IMG/VR virus record: IMGVR_UViG_3300047089_000307
Coordinates: 32,001-96,000 of that record
Strand: one strand, 5' to 3'
DNA length: 64,000 nt
DNA from: a virus
The first letter of the stretch is position 1, and every line of letters begins with the position of its first letter. The position numbers were made by a program, and so were the translations under genes. A model generated the notes under the pieces. It was not told the origin of the DNA. It ran no database searches and saw only the letters and a program-made list of their open reading frames with translations. This document shows, one piece after another, positions 26,503 to 37,004 of the stretch.

Positions 26503-29500
26503 TCACACAAGCCTCTCCAAGAACCACCTGTTGAGGAAGGAGACGGCGAGGTCCGGGGCGCCGTCAACCGTGTAGGCCAGGAACAGGTTGTCGCCCGGCT
26601 GGATGTAGAAAGGCGACCCGGAGACCAGTACGTTGTCCAGCACGCTGACCGCCTGGGAGCGGTCCAGGTCCGAGCCGAGGACGAGGCCCAGGTCCCGCTC
26701 GATGGTCGGCTCGTCAATGTAGAAGTTGGCGTAGTCAGTGCCGGGCGGGACGTTGATGATCACCGTGCTGCCCTGGGCGTCCAGGAACAGCACGTCCAGG
26801 AACTGGTCATTGTTGTCGGTGTCAGTGATCGAGACGGTGAAGAAGCCCGAGGTGTTGGACGGGTCCAGTCCCTTGACCGGCAGCGTCAGCTCGCCCATGA
26901 CCACGATGCCGTTGACGATGTCGGTGGACGGGGTGAAGGTCCGCGACACCGACAGCGGGAAGTTATGGCCGCCCAGGTACTCGAACTGGTTGACGGTCAC
27001 CGTGACCGTCCGCGCCGAGGACGGGCTGTCCCAGGCATAAGCCACTAGCACGACGGTGTACGTGCCGTTGAACAGCGCGTTAACGCCGGAGACCAGCGAT
27101 GGCACGGTGTACTGGGTGCCGGAGGGCGGGTCTGCGGTGTTGCTGACCGGCACGCACGGGTTCAGCTCCGGCGGGGAATCGGCGCCGGGCCGGTGCGCGA
27201 CCAGCGTCCGGAACTGGGCCAGCGGCGGGGACCAGGTCAAGACGATGTTGCCGTTGCCGCCCTGGCCGCCTGCCTGGGCGGTGCCCGTCGTGACCGCTCC
27301 GCCGCCGCCGCCTCCAGGCGGGGAGGCGCCGTCGCCGACGTCCACGGCTGCCGTGCCGCCATTGGCTCCCTTGCCTCCCCCGGCCACTGCTGCCGCGCCC
27401 GTGCCGCCGGAGGCGCCCGCAGTGCCGGCATTGCCGACTGAGGCGCTGCCGCCGGAGCCGCCGCCGCCGCCGCCGTTCGTGCCGCCGAGGCCGCCGGCGC
27501 CGCCGTTGCTGTGCGTCGTGTTGGCGCTGCCGGTACCGCCCGTGCCGCCGGTCGCGGTGTTCAGCGCCACCGACTGGCCGCCGTGCGCGGTGACCACCGT
27601 GACGGTGGTCGCCGCGGAGCCGAAGGTCGTGCTGGCACCGCTGACCGGCGTGCCGGCGTTGACGGTGTAGGTGAGCCTGACCTGGCCGGCGCCTCCGGCG
27701 GCCCCGGGGTTATTGCCCAGGTTGGTGTACCCGCCGCCCCCTCCGCCGCCCGGGGCTGCCCCTGCGGCCGGGAAGCCGGGGTTGCTGGCGCCCGCGCCGC
27801 CCGCGCCGCCGCCCGTGACGGCCACGGCCCCGGCGCCGCCCGTGTTGCCGGCCCCGTTGCTGCCCGTGTTGCCGGCCGCTGCCGTGCCGCCGCCGCCGCC
27901 TCCGCCGCCGCCGCCGTACGAGGGTGACGTGCCGCCCGTGCCGCCGTTGTGGTGCGTGGTGTTCGCGCTGCCGGAGCCGCCCGCGCCGCCGGAGGAGGTT
28001 CCGGCCGGGCTGGCGGGCTTGCCCGGGTGCGCGAGCACCGTCACGGAGTCACCGGGGAAGGTGGTGGACGTGCCGCCGGCGCCGGGCGTCACGCCTGCCT
28101 GCCCGCCGAGGCCGACCTTGAAGCTGTAGGTCTTGCCCGGGGTGACGGCCAGCGCAGGCTCGGCCGCGTACTCGCCGCCGCCGGCCCCGCCGCCGCCGGT
28201 CGTGCCCGCGCCGCCGCCCGCCCAGCACTCGGCCAGGATCGCGGTGACGTTGGCGGGGCACGTCCAGCTGCCACTCCCCGGGGAGGTGAAGGTGAGGACC
28301 TGCTGGCTGGCGCCGGTCGTGCCTGCCGTGCCGCAGGAGTACGGGACGGGCGTCCCCTCAGTCACCGTCAGGGCCGGCTCGGCCGCGTACTCGCCGCCGC
28401 CGCCGCCGCCGCCCTGCCCGGACGTCGAGCGCGACCCGCCCGCGCCGCCCGCGCCGATGCACTCCGCCTTGACGGACGTCACGCCGGGCGGCGGCCACCA
28501 CACGCCGGAGCCGGACAGCTCAAGGGACAGCGGGTCGGCCTGCGGAAGCTGGAACTGGCAGGAGACGGGGGTCCGCGCGGTGCCCGGCACGCCCATCACG
28601 TTGTAGACGACGCCGCGCTGGGAGGCGGGGGCGGCCAGGGACGGCGGGTTGGCGACCACGTCGTCAAGCCAGGCGTTCATCCGGACGAAGGCCGTCTTGC
28701 CCTGGCCTGCCCAGTTGGACAGCGTCAGTGAGTACGAGGCGACGGATGCGTAGTTGAAGCTGGCGTTGCCTTGCGGGACCGGCGCGGTGACGCGGGTCCA
28801 TTTCGGCACGAGCGCCTTGCTGTTGTACGGCAGGCCATTGAATGTCCGGTGGAAGGTCAGCTTGTGGCCGCCGTTATCGGTCAGCGTCCAGCGGAAGGTC
28901 ACGTTGGACTTGAATCCCGAGTGGGGCTTGCCGAACAGCGGGACGTAGTATGCCTGGCCGAACCATACCGACAGCACCGGCAGGCCGGTGATATTCAGGG
29001 ACAGGCCGCTCTTGGAGTAGGTCACCGGGACGTAATTCGCGTTCGGCGGGGTGTACCGGGCGGAGTGCGGGCCGACCACGAACTGGGTGGTCTGCGTCCA
29101 GCCGGTGCCGGACACGGTGCCGAACGCGTCCAGCGTCACCGGGGCCGGCGGCGCGGCGATGCCGTTGAGGATCGGGCTGGAGAAGGCCACGTCCGTCAGC
29201 TGGTCCGGTGCGCTGCGGCCGTAGGGCAGCGCCTGGAAGGTCAGCGTGATGACGGCCATCGGCAACGGCTGGTTCGGCAGGAAGCCGTAGGAGAACACGG
29301 TGGGCAGCGCGCGGAAGCAGTCGAAGACCTGGGTCAGGCCCGTGGAGGAGGGCGTCCAGGTCAGCGTCCAGGAAGGCTGGTCCACCGCCTGGATCAGGTA
29401 CTCCTTGGCAGCCGACAGCGTTGCCTGGTCCGGTGCGGTGATCCTGACCGGCAGCGTGATCGTGCGGTTGGACGCCCGGGTGCCGAACGGCCGCTCGCCG

Positions 29501-29721
29501 TCCAGCAGCAGGGTCTGCACCTGGCTGACGGTCGGCTGCGGGGCGCCCAGGTCCCAGGTCATCCCCGGGCTCGCGGCGGAGCCCGGGGACGACGGGGCGA
29601 ACAGCCGGAAAACGGCCCCGGTGCCGGCCGCGTTCACCAGGGCGGGAATGTCCGACTGCACGCCGGATGCCCCGCCGAGGACCTCGATCAGGTCCGCGAT
29701 GATGAGCGAGTCGCTAGCCAC
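26503..29721 (-). CDS. minor tail protein (distal-tail-like N-terminus plus Gly-rich domains)
   Basis: NRTITLPVRI..LTFQALPYGRS; two ECxGAGG/GGGEYAAEP glycine-rich units; follows the tape measure. Confidence 0.8.
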   Translation of the reverse strand: MASDSLIIADLIEVLGGASGVQSDIPALVNAAGTGAVFRLFAPSSPGSAASPGMTWDLGAPQPTVSQVQTLLLDGERPFGTRASNRTITLPVRITAPDQATLSAAKEYLIQAVDQPSWTLTWTPSSTGLTQVFDCFRALPTVFSYGFLPNQPLPMAVITLTFQALPYGRSAPDQLTDVAFSSPILNGIAAPPAPVTLDAFGTVSGTGWTQTTQFVVGPHSARYTPPNANYVPVTYSKSGLSLNITGLPVLSVWFGQAYYVPLFGKPHSGFKSNVTFRWTLTDNGGHKLTFHRTFNGLPYNSKALVPKWTRVTAPVPQGNASFNYASVASYSLTLSNWAGQGKTAFVRMNAWLDDVVANPPSLAAPASQRGVVYNVMGVPGTARTPVSCQFQLPQADPLSLELSGSGVWWPPPGVTSVKAECIGAGGAGGSRSTSGQGGGGGGGEYAAEPALTVTEGTPVPYSCGTAGTTGASQQVLTFTSPGSGSWTCPANVTAILAECWAGGGAGTTGGGGAGGGEYAAEPALAVTPGKTYSFKVGLGGQAGVTPGAGGTSTTFPGDSVTVLAHPGKPASPAGTSSGGAGGSGSANTTHHNGGTGGTSPSYGGGGGGGGGGTAAAGNTGSNGAGNTGGAGAVAVTGGGAGGAGASNPGFPAAGAAPGGGGGGGYTNLGNNPGAAGGAGQVRLTYTVNAGTPVSGASTTFGSAATTVTVVTAHGGQSVALNTATGGTGGTGSANTTHSNGGAGGLGGTNGGGGGGSGGSASVGNAGTAGASGGTGAAAVAGGGKGANGGTAAVDVGDGASPPGGGGGGAVTTGTAQAGGQGGNGNIVLTWSPPLAQFRTLVAHRPGADSPPELNPCVPVSNTADPPSGTQYTVPSLVSGVNALFNGTYTVVLVAYAWDSPSSARTVTVTVNQFEYLGGHNFPLSVSRTFTPSTDIVNGIVVMGELTLPVKGLDPSNTSGFFTVSITDTDNNDQFLDVLFLDAQGSTVIINVPPGTDYANFYIDEPTIERDLGLVLGSDLDRSQAVSVLDNVLVSGSPFYIQPGDNLFLAYTVDGAPDLAVSFLNRWFLERLV

Positions 29722-32700
29722 CGTAGTACCCCCTGCCGGCGCCGCGGGCTGCGGCCACGCCGATCCCGTGCGCGAACTGCTGGCCCTGCGCCCCGGTGAC
29801 CCGGGTGTTCTCCTGGACCGCGTGGATCATCTGCCGCAGCAGCATGTTGGTCTCGTGCAGGGAGCCGGGGCCCTGCGCCGGGCTGACCATCTCCGCCTTG
29901 CCCGAGGTGTTGACGCCCACGCCCCACGGGGGCAGGATGCCGCCCTTGTCATAGGTTGAGCCGACCAGGCCGCCGGAACGGTAGCCGTGCCCGTGCCCGA
30001 TCACGCCCGCCATCGCCGCCCCGCCGTAGCGCGCGGAAGCGTAGTGGATAGCTGCGTATATTTGTGCCATCGGATTTTCTGATACCGTGCCTCCGCCAAA
30101 ATTCACCAGCGGCGGGGTGTTAACATAGGGCCCTGCGTAAGCATGGAAGGTCCCAGGTATGAGTTGGAGGAGCCCAACGGACGGATGACCCGCCTGAGCG
30201 TTACTGTCCGTGAGGTTCACGGCGTTCAAATTTCCGCCAGATTCTGTTTGAATCTGAGAAAGCCAGTTGGAAACCAGGGACAGCGGCAGGCCCATCGAGC
30301 TCAGGACGGCGGAGATGTCGGCGGCGTAGTTGCCGGAGCCGGGCCCGAGGAACACCCCGCCGCCGGCCGCTGCCGCTGCTGCCGCTGCGGCCTGGGTGGC
30401 CTTGATGGCCGCGTTCGCGAAGGCCACGGCCGAGTTCTGGCCGAACAGCGCCTCGGAGTTGCTGAACCCGGTGATGCCCTTGGTCACCTGGGTGTCCACG
30501 AAGCCGGCCAGGCCGCCGGCCGCGTACCTGCGCGCGGTGACGCCGCCGAGCCACGGCGACTGGGTGGGCGTGGCGGTGAACCCGGGGATACGGCCGCGCA
30601 GGTGGTCGACCAGGCCGGCGCTCACCATGTTCGCCGGCACGACGAGCTCGCCCTTGCTCAGGAACGCCGCCACGTCATCCGCGGTGGGCGTTGACCCCCG
30701 GTTGATGAACAGCCCCTTGGCCGGGGTGAGCACGTGCCCGCCGCCAGGCCCCGAGGCGCCGCTGATCCGGCCGGTCGTGGTGTTCAGCGTCCGGGTGGCG
30801 ACGCCGGTCCCGCTGATGGTGATGTTGCCCTTGCCCTGCATCTGGAGCACGATGTCGATCGCCTTGCTCAGCGGGATGTGCAGGATCTTGGAAATCATCG
30901 CGGCGATTTCCCCGGTCGTGTCGTGGGCGGCGCGGCCGGCGTTGATGATGGACTGGACCAGCGCGTCCTGCTGCGGCTTGGCCTTGGCGGCGTCGCCGCC
31001 GGACTGGGCGAGGGCGGTGCCGTAATCGGTGGCTGCCTTCTGCACGCCGTCATAGGCCAGGATCGCGTTATTAATGTCGCCGATCAGCTCGTTGGCGAGG
31101 AACTGGCCCTGGGACTGCATCGCCCCGGTCAGCAGCGCCTCCTGCGTGGTCGCCTCGTCGGTGATCTTCTTCAGGTCCTTGGTGGCCGAGCCGGTGTTCT
31201 GGAGCCACTTGTTCAGTTCCTTGAACGCCGCCGGGCCGGTGTACCCGGCCGTCCGGGCGATCTTGGTCAGCTTGTCCAGCAGGGCCTGGTCGCCCTTGGC
31301 GTGCGCGAGCAGCGGGGTAATCGACTTCTTGACGCTCACGGTGAGCGCGTCGTTCTGGTTAGCGGCTGCGCCCAGCCACTTGGTCAGCTCCTTGAGGGAG
31401 ACCGGGCCGGTGTAGTTGGCTTCCTGCGCCAGCGCGACCAGCTGGGCGGTGGCCTCGGTGGACCCGCTGGCGTACCGCAGCAGCGGCGCGATGGCGTCCT
31501 TGACGGCCTGGCTGAACGCGGCGGTGCCGCCGATCGCGGTGCGCAGGGAGCCGAGCATCCGGTCGGTGTTGGTGACCTGCTGGGTGAACGCCTGGTTGAG
31601 GTCCAGGCTGGCCTGGGACAGCCCGTCCATCGAGGCGCCGGTCAGCGTGCCGGTTAGCGTCAGCTGGCCCAGCTTGTTCTTCAGCGTCTCGCCGCTGCCG
31701 CCGGCCTTGGCGAAATTCGCGTTCAGGTTGACGATGCCCAGCGCCACCGTGTCGAACGTCCCCTGGGTGCTGGTGACGTCGCCGATGAAGGTGTTCCATG
31801 CCTGGTTCAGCTTCTGGGTGGCCTGGTACTGGTCGGTCTCGGTGCGGCCCAGGACCTCCAGGTTGTTCTCCAGCGATCCGGTGACCCCCGTCATGGCCCG
31901 GATCGCGTTGATCGTCCCGTCGATCTCCGCGGTGTCGATGGCCCACGCCTGGCCCTGGTCCTTGGTGACCTGCGCGGTGGTGATGCCGGCGGCGTTCAGG
32001 ATGCCCAGGGCGGCGGCGGAGCTGCCGTAGGCCCGGATCAGCGGCTGAAGCCGGGACTGCTCGGTATCGCGCTGGCCCTGGAGGGTCGTCAGCGCCGCCT
32101 GGAGGTCCTTCACCTTGGCCGTCTGCTCGGCTATGGCGTCCCGGGCGCCCAGCACGGTCGGGACGTAGTTCTTCCCGGAGGCGACGTACTGGGTGGTCTG
32201 GCTGTTCACGGCGGCCTGGTCGATGGCGAGCTGCTTCTGGGCCGCGGACAGGTCCACGGCTGCGGCGGCTGCCGCGCGGGCGTTCGCCGCCAGGGACTGG
32301 GTGATGGGGGCGGCGTCCGCCAGGGCGACGATGTCAGAGGCGAGGTTCCTCGTGGCGCTGGAGCTGTGGTTCAGCCAGAGGACCAGGGCGGTCAGCCCGG
32401 CTATCGCCAGCCCGACCCAGGCCACGGGCGAGACCCGGGACAGCAGGGCGCCGGCCGCCGCGGCAATTCCCTCGGCGGCGGCCATCCGCTGGAACATCAC
32501 GGCCGCGAAGGCTGCCCGCGCCCCCGCGTTGACCAGGGCGCCGGTCAGCGGGACGAGGACCCTGGCGTACAGGGCCGTTCCCAGCGTGACCGCCAGGCCG
32601 ATGTAGATGAACGCCCCGTGGATGGCCAGGCCCCAGCGCAGCACCGGCTCGATCATCGCGGTGAAGTTCTCCAGCAGCCGGGTGACGACCACGCCGAAGG

Positions 32701-34180
32701 CCAGCAGCTTCTGGGCGTAGTCCGGCACCACGTTCAGGATGTTGCCGATGGCGCCGAACACGTTGCCGAAGGAGTTGCCGAGGCCGAGCAGGCTGTCGGA
32801 GGCGTTCTTGGTGAAGACGTCAAAGGCTTTGCCGTTTGACAGCGCCACGGTGATCCGGGCGGCCAGGTAGTCAACGACCGGCCCCGTCTTCGCCACGATC
32901 TTCTGGAAGTCATTGGTGCGGCTGCTCATGACCGTCAGGGCGTCGCCGAAGATCTGGTACACCTGGGGCCGGACGGCGTTGTGCAGCTTCTCCATGGTGC
33001 CGGTCAGCGGGAACATGGACTGGTTGGTGGCGTCTGCCGCGGTGTGCAGCGCCTGCATGCGGATGAAGATCTCCTTCGCCGCATCGGAGCCGGCGATGCC
33101 GAACGCGGTGGCTGCGATGGCAGCGCCGCCCCAGACGGCGATCAGCTCGACCAGGATGTCGGCGGCCAGGTGCATGACGGTGACGTGCGTGGCCCAGGCG
33201 GGCAGGATTCCCTGGAGCAGGCCGCCGAACAGGGTGACCTTCGCGCCCAGCACGGCGAAGATGCCGCCGAGCCAGCCTCCGGTGACGCCGAAGGCCCGCA
33301 TGCCGTTGTTTCCCTGGACGATCAGCGGCGGCACCTTGCCCAGGGCGATGCCGAGCAGGTTCTGGGCCACGGTGACCTGCGTCGTGGCCGCCGCTGCGCT
33401 GGCCGCCGCCGCCGCGGCCTTCTGGAAGGCGCCCTCCAGGCCGAGCAGCGCCGAGTTTGCGGCGGCCAGGCCCGCCACGTCCACGTTCATCCGGATGTCA
33501 TGCGCCTGCGCGGTCAGGGCATCGATCTCTGCCCTGACCTGCGTGATGGCCGCGGTGACGGCGGAGGTGTCCGCCAGGACCCGGGCCGTCACCGGATGAG
33601 ACTTCAGTACCCGCAGCTTTGCCTCGACGGCGTCGAGCTTGGTCAGCGTGGCCGCCAGCTGCACGTCATCGATCACGCCGCCGAGGTTGATGATCTTGTC
33701 GAAGCCATTCAGGGTCTTCTCCAGGTTCTTCGCCTGAAGCTCCAGGGCCGCGATCTGGGCGATGGCCTGCTTGGTGTCCGCGTCGATCTGCAAGTGCGAG
33801 GACTTCTGCACCAGGGCGGCCAGCTTCGCCCGGAGGGCGGCGACCTGCGCGTCAATCCTGGTGGTGTCCGCGCTCAGCGTGAGGCCGGTGACCGTCTTGG
33901 CCAGGGCGAGCAGCCTGGCCTGCAACCCGCTGATGACGGCCTGGGCCTGCTTGTCGTCAGCCCCGATGGGGATCGTGACGAGCTGCCTGGACAGCGCGTC
34001 CATCCGGGTTTTCATGTTCGCGACCGAGGCCGCCAGCCCGCCGGAGTCCGCGGTGAACTTGACGCTGACCTCAGGCTTGATCCCGGCCAGCGCCGCCTTG
34101 ATCTGAGCGTCCAGCTTCACGCGGAAGCCGGTGGCATCGGGGCCCACCGTTACGAAGGCATCCCCTAGCTGGCGGGCCAT
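29714..34180 (-). CDS. tape measure protein with C-terminal lytic transglycosylase (SLT) domain
   Basis: 1488 aa, Ala-rich helical; LGDAFVTV start; QIQTESGGNLNAVNLTDSNA..SVGLLQ..HYASARYG. Confidence 0.92.
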   Translation of the reverse strand: MARQLGDAFVTVGPDATGFRVKLDAQIKAALAGIKPEVSVKFTADSGGLAASVANMKTRMDALSRQLVTIPIGADDKQAQAVISGLQARLLALAKTVTGLTLSADTTRIDAQVAALRAKLAALVQKSSHLQIDADTKQAIAQIAALELQAKNLEKTLNGFDKIINLGGVIDDVQLAATLTKLDAVEAKLRVLKSHPVTARVLADTSAVTAAITQVRAEIDALTAQAHDIRMNVDVAGLAAANSALLGLEGAFQKAAAAAASAAAATTQVTVAQNLLGIALGKVPPLIVQGNNGMRAFGVTGGWLGGIFAVLGAKVTLFGGLLQGILPAWATHVTVMHLAADILVELIAVWGGAAIAATAFGIAGSDAAKEIFIRMQALHTAADATNQSMFPLTGTMEKLHNAVRPQVYQIFGDALTVMSSRTNDFQKIVAKTGPVVDYLAARITVALSNGKAFDVFTKNASDSLLGLGNSFGNVFGAIGNILNVVPDYAQKLLAFGVVVTRLLENFTAMIEPVLRWGLAIHGAFIYIGLAVTLGTALYARVLVPLTGALVNAGARAAFAAVMFQRMAAAEGIAAAAGALLSRVSPVAWVGLAIAGLTALVLWLNHSSSATRNLASDIVALADAAPITQSLAANARAAAAAAVDLSAAQKQLAIDQAAVNSQTTQYVASGKNYVPTVLGARDAIAEQTAKVKDLQAALTTLQGQRDTEQSRLQPLIRAYGSSAAALGILNAAGITTAQVTKDQGQAWAIDTAEIDGTINAIRAMTGVTGSLENNLEVLGRTETDQYQATQKLNQAWNTFIGDVTSTQGTFDTVALGIVNLNANFAKAGGSGETLKNKLGQLTLTGTLTGASMDGLSQASLDLNQAFTQQVTNTDRMLGSLRTAIGGTAAFSQAVKDAIAPLLRYASGSTEATAQLVALAQEANYTGPVSLKELTKWLGAAANQNDALTVSVKKSITPLLAHAKGDQALLDKLTKIARTAGYTGPAAFKELNKWLQNTGSATKDLKKITDEATTQEALLTGAMQSQGQFLANELIGDINNAILAYDGVQKAATDYGTALAQSGGDAAKAKPQQDALVQSIINAGRAAHDTTGEIAAMISKILHIPLSKAIDIVLQMQGKGNITISGTGVATRTLNTTTGRISGASGPGGGHVLTPAKGLFINRGSTPTADDVAAFLSKGELVVPANMVSAGLVDHLRGRIPGFTATPTQSPWLGGVTARRYAAGGLAGFVDTQVTKGITGFSNSEALFGQNSAVAFANAAIKATQAAAAAAAAAGGGVFLGPGSGNYAADISAVLSSMGLPLSLVSNWLSQIQTESGGNLNAVNLTDSNAQAGHPSVGLLQLIPGTFHAYAGPYVNTPPLVNFGGGTVSENPMAQIYAAIHYASARYGGAAMAGVIGHGHGYRSGGLVGSTYDKGGILPPWGVGVNTSGKAEMVSPAQGPGSLHETNMLLRQMIHAVQENTRVTGAQGQQFAHGIGVAAARGAGRGYYGG

Positions 34181-34181
34181 G

Positions 34182-34541
34182 TCAGAAAGTCCCCTCCAGC
34201 GACCACAGGCCGGTGGTCAGGAAAGGCTCCTTCACCCGGTCAACCCGGGGGTCCTCCAGGAAGAAGGCGGGGTCGCCGGGGGCGTTGGCGCTGGCCCAGA
34301 AGAAGCCGGCGGACGTGTGCCCGCGGGCCGTGTGGATGGCCGCCTTGGTGAACCCGGGCGGGCGGGCGTTGCTGCGCGAGCTCCAGGCCGGCGTGGCGCG
34401 CACGGGCACGACGGCGCGGGCGACGATCGCGGCCTGGCCGGCCAGGTCCTGGATGAACAGGCCGACCGGGCCGTCTTCGTCGTTCACGTACGCGTGGATG
34501 GCGGCATCATCAAGACGGACGTCGCTCACTGCTTCATCCAC
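34182..34541 (-). CDS. neck/tail completion protein (HK97 gp10-like)
   Basis: ARAVVPVR..PFLTTGL pattern; tail context. Confidence 0.55.
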   Translation of the reverse strand: MDEAVSDVRLDDAAIHAYVNDEDGPVGLFIQDLAGQAAIVARAVVPVRATPAWSSRSNARPPGFTKAAIHTARGHTSAGFFWASANAPGDPAFFLEDPRVDRVKEPFLTTGLWSLEGTF

Positions 34542-35466
34542 TCCCCCGGGATCTCCTCGTCCCGGCTCCCCAGCGGGGCCGCAACGGGGGCGTCGGGATC
34601 ATCGAAGGCCATGCCCTGGGCTTCCTGCCAGGCGCGCAGCGCGGCCAGCGCGCTAGCCTCCGGGCTGACTCGCATGCCGATGTCCTCCTCGAACTTCTCC
34701 AGCGCCGCCGCGTCCATCCCCGCCGCGAGAGTGACGAAGGCGACGTTGAGCAGCTGGCGCGGGGTCAGCGCCTCGATCCCCTTCCCCGTGCCGTTCTTGA
34801 GGAGCTCCCCGTCGAGGCGCGCCGCGTTCGCCGCTGACCAGGCGAGGAGCCAGCGGGCGGCGGCGTAGGGCGGCCGGATACCAGCTCCAGGACCTTGGCC
34901 ACGACGTCGAGCAGGGCCTCCGCGTCGGCCTTGGTGATCATGGCGTGCTCTTCGAAGGCGTTCCAGTCACCGCGGACGTAGGACGCGCAGGACCGGTCGT
35001 TGCCGGCCTCGCAGTCCGCGCACTCCCCGCAGCCAGGCTCGCCCGCGTAGATGCAGTCCCGCAGCAGCGAGTACATGGCCGACATTGCCCGCGGGTCGCT
35101 GGTGTCCACGTCGGCGGCCGAGGAGAACTTCAGCAGCGGCATGAGCCCGATCCGGTCCGCGATCCGGAACGACTTGCCGAGCAGCTCGACCTGGTCACCC
35201 GCGTCGGCGACGACGCCGGCCTTGACCTCGTCCTGGCTGGCGTCCCGGTTCGCCTGCCGGGCCGCCGTGCCCTGGATGACGGCCAGGTCGCGGTCCGTCT
35301 TCGCCGGGATGTCCGGGCCGGTGCCGTCCTCGTCACGGTCGTCCGGCTCATACCGGGGGATGACCTCCCGGGTCGCCCTGGCCCTGGCCGCGGCGCGCGG
35401 CGGCGGGAGGGGGGCAGCCGGGGCGTCGTCCCAGTCGATCGTGTAGTCAGCCTCTGCGTCCGGCAT
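34526..35466 (-). CDS. tail assembly chaperone (0-frame product 34765-35466; -1 frameshift extension to 34526)
   Basis: 0 frame ends SGRPT..SSPG; -1 frame reads PYAAARWLLAW..LDGELL..LLNVAF. Confidence 0.7.
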
Positions 35467-35469
35467 CGC

Positions 35470-35805
35470 TCACGCCTCCCCGAGCTGCGCGGTCAGGCGG
35501 GCGATCTGCTCGCGGGCCCAGGTCTCGCCGTCACGCGTCTCGTTCTCGGTCGCCGCCAGGACCCGGTCCTCCAGGTCCGGCGCGTCGTTGCCCTGGTGGT
35601 GGCGCATTGCGTTCACGATCGTGCCGACCAGGTTGTAGCGCTTGGTCCGGTGCGTGAACAGGGTCATGTAGAGCAGGCGGCGCGTCTCGTCCAGGTCCTC
35701 GGCATTCGAGGGCCGGGCGGAGCGGGTGCCGTCCTGGGCGACGTCCTGGTCGCGTGCCGTGAGGTTGTCCTGCATTTCCCGGACTGCCTCGTCTTCCGTA
35801 GCCAT
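35470..35805 (-). CDS. hypothetical protein
   Basis: ORF between major tail protein and chaperone. Confidence 0.55.
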   Translation of the reverse strand: MATEDEAVREMQDNLTARDQDVAQDGTRSARPSNAEDLDETRRLLYMTLFTHRTKRYNLVGTIVNAMRHHQGNDAPDLEDRVLAATENETRDGETWAREQIARLTAQLGEA

Positions 35806-35928
35806 TCGTTCCGTCCCGTATCAGGTAGAAGGGCGCATACTCTTGAAGACCGGGTTGTGGTGACCCTGGGCGGAAGGCGCGCGTGCGGCAGGGTGACCTC
35901 GCACGCGCGCCTTTCCCGTGCCCGGGGA

Positions 35929-36363
35929 TTAGGTGCCGGCGATGCCCGTGGTCGGGTACCGGGAGATCCTGGTCGCGGCATTCCAGGTGGACTTCAGCGA
36001 CACGGCCGCGGTCACGCCGCCGGCGAGAGAGTAGTCCGGGAGGATCTGGCCGAAGAAATACTGGCCAGGGGCCGCGCCCTGCACGCCCAGCGTGCTCGGG
36101 TACAGGTAGAAGTTGCGCGGCAGGCCGTCCGTGGCGGCAACGTACGTCTGCGCCGTGGCCGTGTCATAGAAACCGCTGAAGTCGCCGGAGGCGTCAGGCA
36201 GGCCAGCCACCCAGATCAGGTTCTGGTCGCCCATGGTGGTGACGTCGACCTTGTTGACGACGAAGTTGATCGACCAGTCCGACAGGAAGGCCATCGGGGC
36301 GGCCAGGTCGGCCGGGTTCACGCCGATGTAGGCGATCCCGTTGCGACCATGGATACGACTCAC
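35929..36363 (-). CDS. major tail (tube) protein
   Basis: RIHGRNG..WSINF..VDVTTMGD..VAGLPDASGDFSGFYD. Confidence 0.85.
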   Translation of the reverse strand: MSRIHGRNGIAYIGVNPADLAAPMAFLSDWSINFVVNKVDVTTMGDQNLIWVAGLPDASGDFSGFYDTATAQTYVAATDGLPRNFYLYPSTLGVQGAAPGQYFFGQILPDYSLAGGVTAAVSLKSTWNAATRISRYPTTGIAGT

Positions 36364-36456
36364 AGTAGCTGACTCCTCACGAACTGTGTGGGGAGCCGGC
36401 TCCGGGCATGGCCGCGGCTTTATGCTGGCAGCAGCGTATACCAGCTAGTTTGGTAA

Positions 36457-36753
36457 GTGTCGCATGAGGAGCGATGGCTCCCTGTTCCGGGATACCAGGG
36501 CTGGTACGAGGTCAGCGACCTGGGGAACGTCTACGCGATGGCGCGGCCTTTCACGCGCGGTGGCTTGCTGAGGGCGCAGCTGAATTCCGCGGGATACCGC
36601 ACCGTGCGGCTGAGCAAGTACGGCCGCGTCCGGACGGTTACCGTAGGGCGGCTGGTGCTGGCGGCATTCCGCGGGCCAGGAGGGGAAATGCGCGCCCGGC
36701 ACGGCCCGGGGGGCAGGCAGGATGACTCGCTGGGGAACCTGGAATGGGGATAA
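36457..36753 (+). CDS. NUMOD4/HNH endonuclease
   Basis: ERWLPVPGYQGWYEVSDLGNV (NUMOD4); RLVLAAFRGP..RH..NLEWG. Confidence 0.85.
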   Translation: MSHEERWLPVPGYQGWYEVSDLGNVYAMARPFTRGGLLRAQLNSAGYRTVRLSKYGRVRTVTVGRLVLAAFRGPGGEMRARHGPGGRQDDSLGNLEWG

Positions 36754-36776
36754 GACCGGGTGATACGCTAATCCGC

Positions 36777-36956
36777 ATGAGAGAGCAGCCTGCAAGCGGT
36801 TACCGGCGAGCGCTGTCCTGGCACTGCGACCCGCCGCCACGGGGCACGCCCTTCGTGGTGGTCGCCGAGGGCTGGACGATCGCCGGCGGCATGGAGATCC
36901 GGGACATTCATGCGATTGAGGCCCTGTACCCAGAGGAACCGGACGAAGGACAATAA
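36777..36956 (+). CDS. small hypothetical protein (leaderless)
   Basis: TGaTACGCT-7 nt-ATG. Confidence 0.45.
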   Translation: MREQPASGYRRALSWHCDPPPRGTPFVVVAEGWTIAGGMEIRDIHAIEALYPEEPDEGQ

Positions 36957-36992
36957 AAAAGGCCCCGCCTCGTGAAGAGGCGGGGCCTTTTT
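36956..36992. terminator. bidirectional intrinsic terminator
   Basis: AAAAAGGCCCCGCCTC-GTGAA-GAGGCGGGGCCTTTTT between convergent genes. Confidence 0.9.
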
Positions 36993-37004
36993 ACTTTCCT
37001 TTCC

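Noticed and set aside
30040-30270. Lower-GC patch in the tape-measure SLT domain
   Set aside because: Frame is intact; at most a routine domain swap.
24631-34168. Many long + strand ORFs over the tail genes
   Set aside because: Shadow ORFs typical of high-GC DNA; the - strand frames carry the recognisable motifs.
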